Part shown: positions 33,855-42,386 of the stretch, in pieces
How positions within the stretch are numbered: the stretch's first letter is position 1
Layout: each line of letters starts with the position of its first letter
Assembly: GCA_031411915.1 (NCBI GenBank)
Contig: JANOCA010000578.1
Location: forward strand, 1-45,193
Direction: 5' to 3'
Source of the DNA: Opitutaceae bacterium
GTDB taxonomy: Bacteria > Verrucomicrobiota > Verrucomicrobiia > Opitutales > Opitutaceae
Length of the DNA stretch: 45,193 nt
Notes under the pieces: model-generated
Databases searched by the model: none
Told to the model about the DNA's origin: nothing
The model's input: only the letters and a program-made list of their open reading frames with translations
Made by a program: the position numbers and the translations under genes

Positions 33855-35654
33855 ATGGCCATTGTCAGTCTCCTCGATGTCAGCCTGAGCTTCGGCGGCG
33901 CGCCGCTGCTCGACCACGTCAATCTCCAGATTGATCGCGGCGAACGCGTGTGCCTTGTCGGCCGCAACGGCGCGGGCAAGTCCACGCTGATGAAAATCAT
34001 CTCCGGCGAACTCGAGTCCGACGTGGGCCAGGTTTTTCGCCAAGCGGGCGCCGTGTTCTCGACGCTGCGGCAGGAAGTGCCGGCGGGCCTCACGGGCACG
34101 GTGCGCACCGTCGTCGAGGGCGAGGGCGGCGCCTACGAGGATCACAACGACTGGGAGCGCCACGATCGCGTGGAGCGCCTGCTGGAGCAGATGGGGCTGC
34201 CGGCCGACCACGAGTTTGCCGCGCTCTCCGCCGGGCAGAAGCGCCGGGTGCTGCTCGCGCGCGGCCTGGCCGACGAACCGCAGCTGCTGCTGCTCGACGA
34301 GCCGACCAACCATCTCGATCTCGAGTCGATTCTGTGGCTGGAGGAATTTTTGCTGGAGTGGGGCGGGGCCCTGCTTTTCGTGACCCACGATCGCGCGTTT
34401 TTGCGGAAGATTTCCACCCGCATCGTCGAGGTCGATCGCGGCAAGCTCATCGGCTGGCAGTGCGACTACGACACGTTCCTCACGCGCAAGCAGGCCGTGC
34501 TGGAGGCCGAGGAAGTGGAGCGCGCGCAGTTCGACAAGAAGCTGGCGCAGGAGGAAGTCTGGATCCGCCGCGGCGTGAAGGCGCAGCGCTCGCGCGCGAG
34601 CAACCGCATCCACGCGCTCGAAAAGATGCGCGCCGAACGCGCCGCCCGCCGCGACCGCACGGGCAAGGCCACCATCACCGCCCAGGAGGCAGACCGCAGC
34701 GGCTTCAAGGTGATCGAGTGCAAGGACGCGGGCTTCCGCTACGCCGAGGACGGGCGCTGGATCGTGCGCGATCTCACCACGCGCATCGAGCGCGGCGACA
34801 AGATCGGCATCGTCGGCCCCAACGGCGCGGGCAAGACCACGCTGCTCCGGCTGCTCCTCGGCCAGCTCGCGCCCAAGGCCGGCACGGTCGAGCAGGGCAC
34901 GAAGCTCGAGATTGTTTACTTCGATCAGCTCCGCGCGCAGCTCGACGAGACCATGCGCGTGCAGGACGCCGTGGCCGACGGCAACGCCACCGTGACGATC
35001 AACGGCCGCAACCGGCACGTGATTTCCTACCTCGAGGATTTTCTCTTCGACCCGACCCGCGCGCGCACGCCGATCAAGGCGCTCTCCGGCGGCGAGCGCA
35101 ACCGGCTGCTGCTCGCGCGGCTCTTCACCAAGCCGTGCAACGTGCTCGTGCTCGACGAGCCGACCAACGATCTCGACGCCGAGACGCTGGAGCTGCTCGA
35201 AGACCTGCTCGTCGAGTTCGGCGGCACCGTGCTGCTCGTGAGCCACGATCGTGCGTTCCTCAACGAAGTCTGCACGAGCCTGCTCGTCTTCGAAGGCGAG
35301 GGCCGCGTGGTGGATTATCTGGGCGGCTACGACGACTGGCAGAAGGAAAAGGCCGCGAAAGCCGCGGCGGCGGCGGCCGTGGTCGAGAAGTCGAAACGCG
35401 ACGCCAAGGAAGCCGCGACCGCCGCGACCACGAAGAAAACGCGCAAGCTCTCGAACAAGGAGCGGATGGAGCTGGAGGCGCTCCCGCAGGCCATCGACAA
35501 GCTGGAAGCGGAGCAGACGATCCTGACGACCAAACTGGCTGATCCGATTTTCTTCAAGAAACCGCCCGTGGAAGTCACCCACGCCACCGAGCGGCTGCAC
35601 GAGATCGAGGCGGAGCTGGCCAAGGCGTATGCGCGGTGGGCGGAGCTGGAGTAG
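33855..35654 (+). CDS. uup: ABC-F family ATPase Uup
   Basis: Two ABC domains, linker FDKKLAQEEVWIRRGVKAQRSR, and C-terminal coiled coil KLSNKERMELEALP..I..LE...YARWAELE. Confidence 0.92.
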   Translation: MAIVSLLDVSLSFGGAPLLDHVNLQIDRGERVCLVGRNGAGKSTLMKIISGELESDVGQVFRQAGAVFSTLRQEVPAGLTGTVRTVVEGEGGAYEDHNDWERHDRVERLLEQMGLPADHEFAALSAGQKRRVLLARGLADEPQLLLLDEPTNHLDLESILWLEEFLLEWGGALLFVTHDRAFLRKISTRIVEVDRGKLIGWQCDYDTFLTRKQAVLEAEEVERAQFDKKLAQEEVWIRRGVKAQRSRASNRIHALEKMRAERAARRDRTGKATITAQEADRSGFKVIECKDAGFRYAEDGRWIVRDLTTRIERGDKIGIVGPNGAGKTTLLRLLLGQLAPKAGTVEQGTKLEIVYFDQLRAQLDETMRVQDAVADGNATVTINGRNRHVISYLEDFLFDPTRARTPIKALSGGERNRLLLARLFTKPCNVLVLDEPTNDLDAETLELLEDLLVEFGGTVLLVSHDRAFLNEVCTSLLVFEGEGRVVDYLGGYDDWQKEKAAKAAAAAAVVEKSKRDAKEAATAATTKKTRKLSNKERMELEALPQAIDKLEAEQTILTTKLADPIFFKKPPVEVTHATERLHEIEAELAKAYARWAELE

Positions 35655-35683
35655 GAGGCCCAACGGGCGCCCCCGCGCTCCGG

Positions 35684-36115
35684 CTATTTCAACAGCGGGT
35701 TTTCCCAACTGACGCCCGCGAGCCGGCCGAAGTCGAGGTCGGCCGAATGCACGGTGGCGCCATATTCGAGAGCGAGGGCGGCGATTTGCGCGTCGGTCAC
35801 GAGGTTGCCGCCGGTGCCGGCCTTGGCGAGGAGGCGGCAAACCGAATCGACGTGGCCGGGGCCCGCGACGAGCAGGCGCACGTTGGGGCGGGCGAGCCAC
35901 GAGGCGATGCGCTGGCTGGCTTCGCCGACGGTGAGGGGGCGGTTGAAGACCTTGGCGTTGGTCGCTAGCCGGAGAAACGCGAACACCACCACCGGGCAGA
36001 GGCCGACCGGCTCGACCGCGGAAAGCAGTCCGGACCACCACCGCGCCGCCTTGCGGTGGAACGGGCTCTCGGCGTCGTAGGCGTAGAGAAGCAGGTTGGC
36101 GTCGGGAACGATCAT
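35684..36115 (-). CDS. PIN-domain VapC toxin
   Basis: MIVPDANLLLYAYD..SPFH, AFLRLATN, GNLVTDAQIAALALE, SADLDFGR...WENPL. Confidence 0.93.
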   Translation of the reverse strand: MIVPDANLLLYAYDAESPFHRKAARWWSGLLSAVEPVGLCPVVVFAFLRLATNAKVFNRPLTVGEASQRIASWLARPNVRLLVAGPGHVDSVCRLLAKAGTGGNLVTDAQIAALALEYGATVHSADLDFGRLAGVSWENPLLK

Positions 36116-36393
36116 TTTTTCAGCGCCTTGCGGAGCTTGCGGGTGGTCGCGGCGAAGGCCTCGGCCTCGAGGTCATCGGCGAGGTCGTGGAGGCGGGAGG
36201 GATCGAGCCCGGCGCGCAGGCCCATCGGGCGGGCGTTGACGACGAAGGCCGCGGCGGCGCGGGCGGGCGCGTGGTGGGCGAGGCCGCGGCGGAGGCCGTC
36301 GTTGAGTGCTTCCTTGAAGTTCAGCTGGGAGCCGTGCGTGGCGTGGCGGAGCAGTTGCTCGACGTCGGGATCGAGCGTGACGGTGGTTCTCAT
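36112..36393 (-). CDS. VapB-type ribbon-helix-helix antitoxin
   Basis: MRTTVTLDPDVEQLL...FKEALNDGLRRGL...LADDLE (ATG 36393); stop overlaps the VapC start. Confidence 0.9.
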   Translation of the reverse strand: MRTTVTLDPDVEQLLRHATHGSQLNFKEALNDGLRRGLAHHAPARAAAAFVVNARPMGLRAGLDPSRLHDLADDLEAEAFAATTRKLRKALKK

Positions 36394-36395
36394 TG

Positions 36396-36435
36396 AGGCA
36401 TCATGATGCTTCATAACTGCGGGCGTCAAGATGCC
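36396..36435 (-). promoter_or_regulatory. vapBC promoter with palindromic autoregulatory operators
   Basis: Minus strand reads TTGACG-N18-CATGAT-N6-ATG. Palindrome GAGGCATCATGATGCTTC covers the -10 and the related GGCGTCAAGATGCC covers the -35. Confidence 0.65.
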
Positions 36436-38273
36436 TATCCCAGCGCCAAGGGGGGTGTCGTTTGCGCAGGGCCGGCGCCCGACGGGGTGGATTGCAGCGT
36501 CCGCCAGCCGCGCGTGAGGGAGTTCCTGAGCTGCTCGGCGTTGAGGGGCTTGTTGAGAAAGTCGTTCATGCCGGCGGTGAGCGCGTTGAGGCGGTCTTCC
36601 TCGAAGGCGCCGGCGGTGATCGCGATGATCCAAGGGCGATGCGGCGAGTGGGTGCGCGCGCGGATGCGGCGTGTGGCTTCCAGCCCATCCATGCCGGGCA
36701 TCTGCACATCCATGAGGATCAGATCGTAGGGCGCACGCTCGTGGGCGGCGACGGCCTCGGCGCCATCCGAGGCGAGATCGCAGGCGTAGCCGAATCGTTT
36801 CATCGTGAGCGCGGCGACGCGCTGGTTGACGAGATTGTCGTCCGTGATGAGCACGCGCAGGGGCATCGTGTCGGCGATGCGCTCGACGGGCGCGGCGCCG
36901 GCGGGGTTTTTTGCGGCCGAAGCCGTGGTCGGCGCGAGGGGCGCGGGAGCCGCGGCCACGGCGGGGCGGTCCGGCAGCGTCGTGGCCGCGGAAACGCCGA
37001 CCTCGATGGTGAGCGTGAAGGTGGAGCCGCGGCCGAGTTCGCTCTCCACGGTGATGGTGCCGCCCATGAGTTCGGCGAGGCGCTTGGAAATCGCGAGACC
37101 GAGGCCGGTGCCGCCGTATTTGCGGGTGTTGGTGTCGTCGAGCTGGGAAAAGCGCTGGAAGAGCTGATGCTGTTTTTCCCGGGCGATGCCGATGCCGGTG
37201 TCGCGCACGCTCAGGCTGAGCTGGCAGCGGTCGCCGGCGCGCGAGGCGAGGCGGGCTTCGAGGGTGACCTCGCCCCGCTCGGTGAACTTGATGGCGTTGT
37301 TGAGAAGGTTGATGAGGATCTGGCGGAGGCGCGCCGCATCGCCGATCACCATGCGCGGGATGTCGGCGGCGACGCGGTGGGTGAGCGCGAGGCCCGCGGC
37401 GCGGGCTCGGTCGGCGATGAGGACGATGGATTCGCCGACGCACGTCGCGACATCGAAGGGCTGTTGCTGAAGCTCGATGCGGCCGGCCTCGATCTTCGAG
37501 TAGTCGAGGGTGTCGTTGATGATGATGAGTAGCGCCTCGCCGGAGAGCTTGATGGTCCGGAGGCAGTCCTGCTGGTCCGCGCTGAGCGGCGTGGCGCCGA
37601 GGATCTGGGTCATGCCGATGACGCCGTTGAGCGGCGTGCGAATCTCGTGGCTCATCGTCGCGAGGAAGGCGCTCTTGGCCGCGTTGGCGGCTTCGGCGGC
37701 GCGCGCGAGGCGGCGGGCTTCCTCGACGGCGGCCTGGAGCTCGAGGTTGGCGCGGCGGAGGTTCTCCTCGGAGGTGCGGAGGGCGGTTTCCTGGCGGCGG
37801 CGCTCGGTGATGTCGGTGAAGACGCCGAAGATGCCGGTGGGCGTGCCGTCGTCGTCGCGGATGATGTCGGCGCGGACGAAGGCGGGGAAGACGCGGCCGC
37901 TCTTGTCCTTGATGTCCGTCTCGCCGTGCCAGGAGCGGCCCGCGCGGATGCTCGCGTGAATCTGGAGGGCGACGGCCTTGTCGGCGAAGAGGGCCGCGGG
38001 CTCCTCGGCGGCGTTGAGGTGCTCGACCGTGTAGCCGAAGAGCGCGACGTGGGATTTGTTGTGGAAAAGCGAATTGGAATCCATGTCGCCGATGCCGATG
38101 GCGTCGGACGCGCTGTCGACGGCTTGGACGAGGCGCTTGAGCTTGGCCGCGGTGGCGGCGAGGTCTGCGGCGGCGCGCCGGGCGCGCGAGCGGGCGCGCA
38201 GCGCCACAGTGGCGAGCGCGATCGCGAGAGCGGTGACAACGAGCCAAGGAAGGAGCGCGGGCAGCGATGGCAT
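36435..38273 (-). CDS. Hybrid sensor histidine kinase (TM-PAS-HisKA-HATPase-REC)
   Basis: Start MPSLPALL (ATG 38273); PAS ...VFTDITERR; [15 protein letters not shown]; NAIKFT; DTGIGI; GGTGLGL; receiver DDN...LMDVQMP..DG...KP. Confidence 0.94.
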   Translation of the reverse strand: MPSLPALLPWLVVTALAIALATVALRARSRARRAAADLAATAAKLKRLVQAVDSASDAIGIGDMDSNSLFHNKSHVALFGYTVEHLNAAEEPAALFADKAVALQIHASIRAGRSWHGETDIKDKSGRVFPAFVRADIIRDDDGTPTGIFGVFTDITERRRQETALRTSEENLRRANLELQAAVEEARRLARAAEAANAAKSAFLATMSHEIRTPLNGVIGMTQILGATPLSADQQDCLRTIKLSGEALLIIINDTLDYSKIEAGRIELQQQPFDVATCVGESIVLIADRARAAGLALTHRVAADIPRMVIGDAARLRQILINLLNNAIKFTERGEVTLEARLASRAGDRCQLSLSVRDTGIGIAREKQHQLFQRFSQLDDTNTRKYGGTGLGLAISKRLAELMGGTITVESELGRGSTFTLTIEVGVSAATTLPDRPAVAAAPAPLAPTTASAAKNPAGAAPVERIADTMPLRVLITDDNLVNQRVAALTMKRFGYACDLASDGAEAVAAHERAPYDLILMDVQMPGMDGLEATRRIRARTHSPHRPWIIAITAGAFEEDRLNALTAGMNDFLNKPLNAEQLRNSLTRGWRTLQSTPSGAGPAQTTPPLALG

Positions 38274-38331
38274 CAGGCGGAGTGAAACGGACGGAGCCGC
38301 GCGGGAAACGCAAAAAAAGCGCGGTCGCGCC

Positions 38332-40804
38332 TCATCGTTCGGGCGGGGACTCGGCGGCGATGCTGCGGTAGATCGCGCGGGCCTCCTCATAGGCGCCCTC
38401 GGCCGCCGGGCGCTCGGCGGCGGCGATGCGTGCGCCCCGCACCCGCCAGAGCTGGTCGATGCAGCCGATGGCCCATTGGGCGCTCGCGCGCGAGGCGCGG
38501 ATGGGCCGGCCGCCGACGAGCACGTTGACGGGATTGGTGTGCAGCTGTGGAAACTGCCGCAGCGCCACCCAACTGCTGCGCTCGATCGGAACAGTGAACT
38601 CGAGCGCGTGCTCCCGGCCATCGGCGGGGACTTCGCGGCTCGCGACGACGCGGCCGTTGACCACCAGCTCCACGAGCCGCCGTTGCCGCTGGTAGAGGGG
38701 ATCGAGCGAGGCCGTCTCGTGGATGATGCGCGTGTCGCCGGTCACGCGGCGGCCGCCGGTGGGAATCGCGCCGCCGTAGGGCGGCTCGAGCGGCGTCTCC
38801 GGCGAGAACGCGACGCTCGCCTTCACGGCGACATTGCCCGGCGCGGCGAGCGCGACTTCGTCGCCGGGCGTGCGGCCCGCGACGCTGAAATGCAGCGCGT
38901 GCGCGTAGCCGTCGCTCACGTAGCTGCGCCCCCGTGCGAGGCCCTCGCACCACGCCGCGTAGTCCACGCGCCGCACCGCGCCCAGCTGCACGTAGACGCG
39001 GCCCTGCCCGACGCGCGTGCTGCTCATGCACGGGAAATCCGTCTCACCGCTCACCTTCAGCGGCAGGCCGCAGTTCATCAGGTGATACCACGCGTTCCAT
39101 TCGGCGAGCCGCTCGGTGTCCATTGCGCTGATGAAGTCGCACACGCCGTGCGCCGCGGTGACGAAGATCTCCTGCGCGCCGACGCTGTTCAGCTCCGGGA
39201 CCGCGAGGTTCGGCAGCTGCTCGGCGGCGCGCCGGTGGCTCGCGATCAGCTCGGTCTCGCTGACGAATCCGTCGCGTTCCACGTCGATCGCGGCGAAACT
39301 CTCGGGCAGGAGCACGCGCGCGGCCTCGGTGGCGTCGAGTCGGCCGTCGCCGTTGGCATCGGCGGCCGCGAGGCAGCGACGTGTCGCCGCGGCCGGATCG
39401 ATTTGCAGGCCGCTCGCGGAATGGGCGTAGCCGGTGTAGCCGCCTTGGCTCTTCGTCCAGCGCAGCACGGGGAGCGTCCACGTCGGCCAGCCTTTGCTGC
39501 CGGTGGCGCCGGGATAAATCTGCTCCTTCAGGTTGAGCAGGCACACGTGACCGAGCGCCTGCGAGCCGAAGCCGCTGACCTCGATGTCGTATTTCAGCAC
39601 CGTGAGCGGCTCGCTGAGCTTGTCCGGTGCGGCCGAGAAAAAATGCTGCTGGTGATCGAAGCCGGGGCCCCACGTGAGCACGGCGCCGACGTTGAGCGCC
39701 TCGCCCTTCACCTGCCGGAGCATCACCGCCGGATCGACGCCCTCGCTTGGCGACGTGAAATGCGCGCAGCCGGATGCGTGGATGTGGTGGTCGCCGCTGA
39801 AGAAGCCGCGCGTCGCCGGATCGATCCAGCGCTCGAGCTGCACGGCGATCTCGGCGGTGGCGGCGCGCGGGATCGTGACCGCGCGGCTGCGCCAGCGATA
39901 TTCCGGACCGCGGCCCGAATGCACCGTAAGCTCGCCGGGCGGCAGCAGCACGGTCTCGCCGTCGGCGCGGTAGATGTGCTTTTGGAAAAACAGATCGGGC
40001 GGCAATCGCTTGGGCTGAGGCGGGAAGACGTGACCCTGCCGATCCATGAATTGGAAGCGGCCGGTGGTCGGCATGCCGTCGTGATCGCGCACCCGCAGCG
40101 TCACGGCCACGGCGGGTGCGATGTCGAGGAGCACCGGCGCCTCGGCGCGAAAGCCAAGGTCCTGCGTGCCCTGCCCGGCGTCGAAGGTGAGCGTCGCCTC
40201 GCGCCGGCCGGACTCGCCGGCCCAGATGAGCGCGAGGGCGTATTCGACCGCGAGGCCGCTGAGGCCCGCGGTCATCGGCGGCGCCTCGAACATCTCGACG
40301 TCGAGGAAACGGTCCGTGCGGCCGGTGGTGTTTTCGTTTTCGCGGAGGTGTTCCTGATGCTGGCGCTCCATGCTGAGCTTGGCGACGCCGGCGTAGACCG
40401 GGCCGGCTTGCGGGCTGCCGATGCGGAGACGTGGCGTGGCGGCGCTTTCATTGACGATCTTGACGAGCACGGGCGTGTAGCCTGCCTGCTGCAGCCGCGC
40501 GGGCGCGGGGCCGCGCGCGACCTTCACGCGGATCTCCGGGTTGATGCACGACCAGCAGCACCGCGGGATCCAGCAGCGTTTGCAGCGCACGGGCGTCGCG
40601 GCGCCGCCCGGCCTCGGCGAGGTCGGTGCGCAGACGGGCCGGCAGCGGTGCGCCGAGATAGTCGAGCGCCTCGACAAGGCGCAGCACGTTGGCCGCGAGC
40701 GGCTGGCCCTCGACCTCGATCGGTGCGAGCGGTTCGGCGGCTCGCGGCGCGGCGGTCAGCGCGGCGAGCGTGATGACGAGCGCGAGGTGCGGGCCGATCT
40801 TCAT
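38332..40804 (-). CDS. CehA/McbA-like secreted metallohydrolase with EF-hand insertion; frameshifted near 40546
   Basis: The N-terminus (signal peptide, VEGQPLAANV..LDPAVLLVV) is in ORF 40448-40804 and continues as INPEIRVKVARG in ORF 38332-40677. Motifs GDHHIH, GHVCLLNL, GYAHS, SGETDFPC, GRVYV, GRSYVSDG, HTNPV. Confidence 0.78.
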
Positions 40805-40826
40805 GCGCCGGTCGCCGCGGGGTGCG

Positions 40827-42260
40827 TCACTGCTTGTTGGCCTGCCGCTTCGTTTTTTTCGCGGCGCGCTCGGCGTCGTCCGCCTTGTTGGAGGCGCGGC
40901 CGGCGGGGTCGGCGATGTCGGATTTCGGCAGGAATTGCGCCAGCTCGGCTTTCTTGGCGGCGAACTCGGGCTTGGCGGCGAGGTTTACGTATTCGTTGGG
41001 ATCCTTGGCCTCGTCATAGAGTTCCTCGTCGCCGTTGGCGTAGCGGATGTAGCGCCAGCCGGCGTTGCGCACGGTGTGGTTCTTGTAGCGGTAGGTGGTG
41101 ACGGCGGGCACGTCCCACGCGGCCGACGGATTGCGCAGCAGAGCGGCGAAGCTCACGCCTTCGTTGTGCTTCGGCGTGGGGATGCCGCAGAGTTCGGTGA
41201 GGGTCGGGAAAATTCCCATGAAGTCGATCGGCGTGGAGCAGACGGTGCCGGGCTTGGTCACGCCGGGGACGATCCACATGAAGGGCGAGCGGGTGGCCTC
41301 CTCCCAGAGGGCGAACTTGCGCCAGTGGCTCTTCTCGCCGAGGTGCCAGCCGTGGTCGCTCCAGAGGCAGAGGATGGTGTTGGCGCGGTGCGGCGATTTT
41401 TCGTAGGCGTCGAGCAGGCGGCCGAGGTTCATGTCGAGATAGGCGATGGTGGCGAGGTAGGCCTGCACGGCTTCCTTCCAGCGGCCGGACTTCACCATCG
41501 GCTCATGGTCCGTCTCGGGATGGGCCATGCGCACGCCGGCGGGCGGCACATCGGCGAGGTCGTTCTCGAGGTGCGGCGGGAGCTTGATCGAGGCGAGCGG
41601 AAACAGGTCAAACCACTTGCGCGGGACGTTCCACGGCATGTGCGGCTTGTGGAAACCTACGGCGAGGAAGAAGGGCTTGTCCTGTTTCTTGCCGAGTTCG
41701 GCGATGCCGTAGTTGGCAATCTGCCAGTCGGGGATGTCCTCATCCTTGCAGTCGAGCGGGGCGAACTTGATGCCGCCCACGCCGTCGCTCTGACCGGCAG
41801 GCACCTTGGGATAGCCGCCTTCCTTTTCGAGGTAGTGGTCCCACTCGCTGTCGCGGCGATAGGCTTCGTGATAAATCTTGCCGGCGCCGGTCACACGATA
41901 GCCCGCGTTGCGAAACGCCGCGGTGAGCATCTTGTCCGCGGGGATGATGGGGCGGAAATCGACGTTGTTCTCGTAGACGCCGCTGGTCGAGGGGCGCAGA
42001 CCCGACATGAGAGCGGTGCGCGAGGGGTTGCAGACGGGCGAGGCGCAGTAGGCGCGGGTGAAAGACGTCGCCAGCTTCGCGAGCCGGTCGAAGTTGGGCG
42101 TCTTTGCCTGCGGGTTGCGCCCGTAGTAGCCGACCCAGTCGCGCAGATCGTCGATGGCGATGGAGAGGACGTTGGGTTTCGGCGGGGTGGCGGCGTGGAG
42201 TCCGGCGGTGCCGAGCGCCACAGCCAGGAGCCGACGCAATAGGCGGGGGAGTGCGTTCAT
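40827..42260 (-). CDS. Sulfatase (formylglycine-dependent; iduronate/choline-sulfatase-like)
   Basis: Signal peptide; PNVLSIAIDDLR, CNPSRTALMSG (CxPxR), GKIYH, GFHKPH, SDHGWHLGEK; start at ATG 42260. Confidence 0.94.
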   Translation of the reverse strand: MNALPRLLRRLLAVALGTAGLHAATPPKPNVLSIAIDDLRDWVGYYGRNPQAKTPNFDRLAKLATSFTRAYCASPVCNPSRTALMSGLRPSTSGVYENNVDFRPIIPADKMLTAAFRNAGYRVTGAGKIYHEAYRRDSEWDHYLEKEGGYPKVPAGQSDGVGGIKFAPLDCKDEDIPDWQIANYGIAELGKKQDKPFFLAVGFHKPHMPWNVPRKWFDLFPLASIKLPPHLENDLADVPPAGVRMAHPETDHEPMVKSGRWKEAVQAYLATIAYLDMNLGRLLDAYEKSPHRANTILCLWSDHGWHLGEKSHWRKFALWEEATRSPFMWIVPGVTKPGTVCSTPIDFMGIFPTLTELCGIPTPKHNEGVSFAALLRNPSAAWDVPAVTTYRYKNHTVRNAGWRYIRYANGDEELYDEAKDPNEYVNLAAKPEFAAKKAELAQFLPKSDIADPAGRASNKADDAERAAKKTKRQANKQ

Positions 42261-42386
42261 AGGGGAGAAAAGGAAATGGTGCGGGGGATGAATCAAGTCG
42301 ATGCGGGTTTTTCTGGTGATTGGGGCCCGAACGCTGCTTTAACTGCCGCTGTTCTCCGAACGGTTACATCCTGACCCATTGCTCCC

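Noticed and set aside
33732-40773. Long ORFs 33732-36041(-), 38056-40773(+) and the 733-aa version of 36112-38313(-)
   Set aside because: Shadow or alternative frames. Only the last 93 codons of 36112-38313 (the antitoxin) are real.
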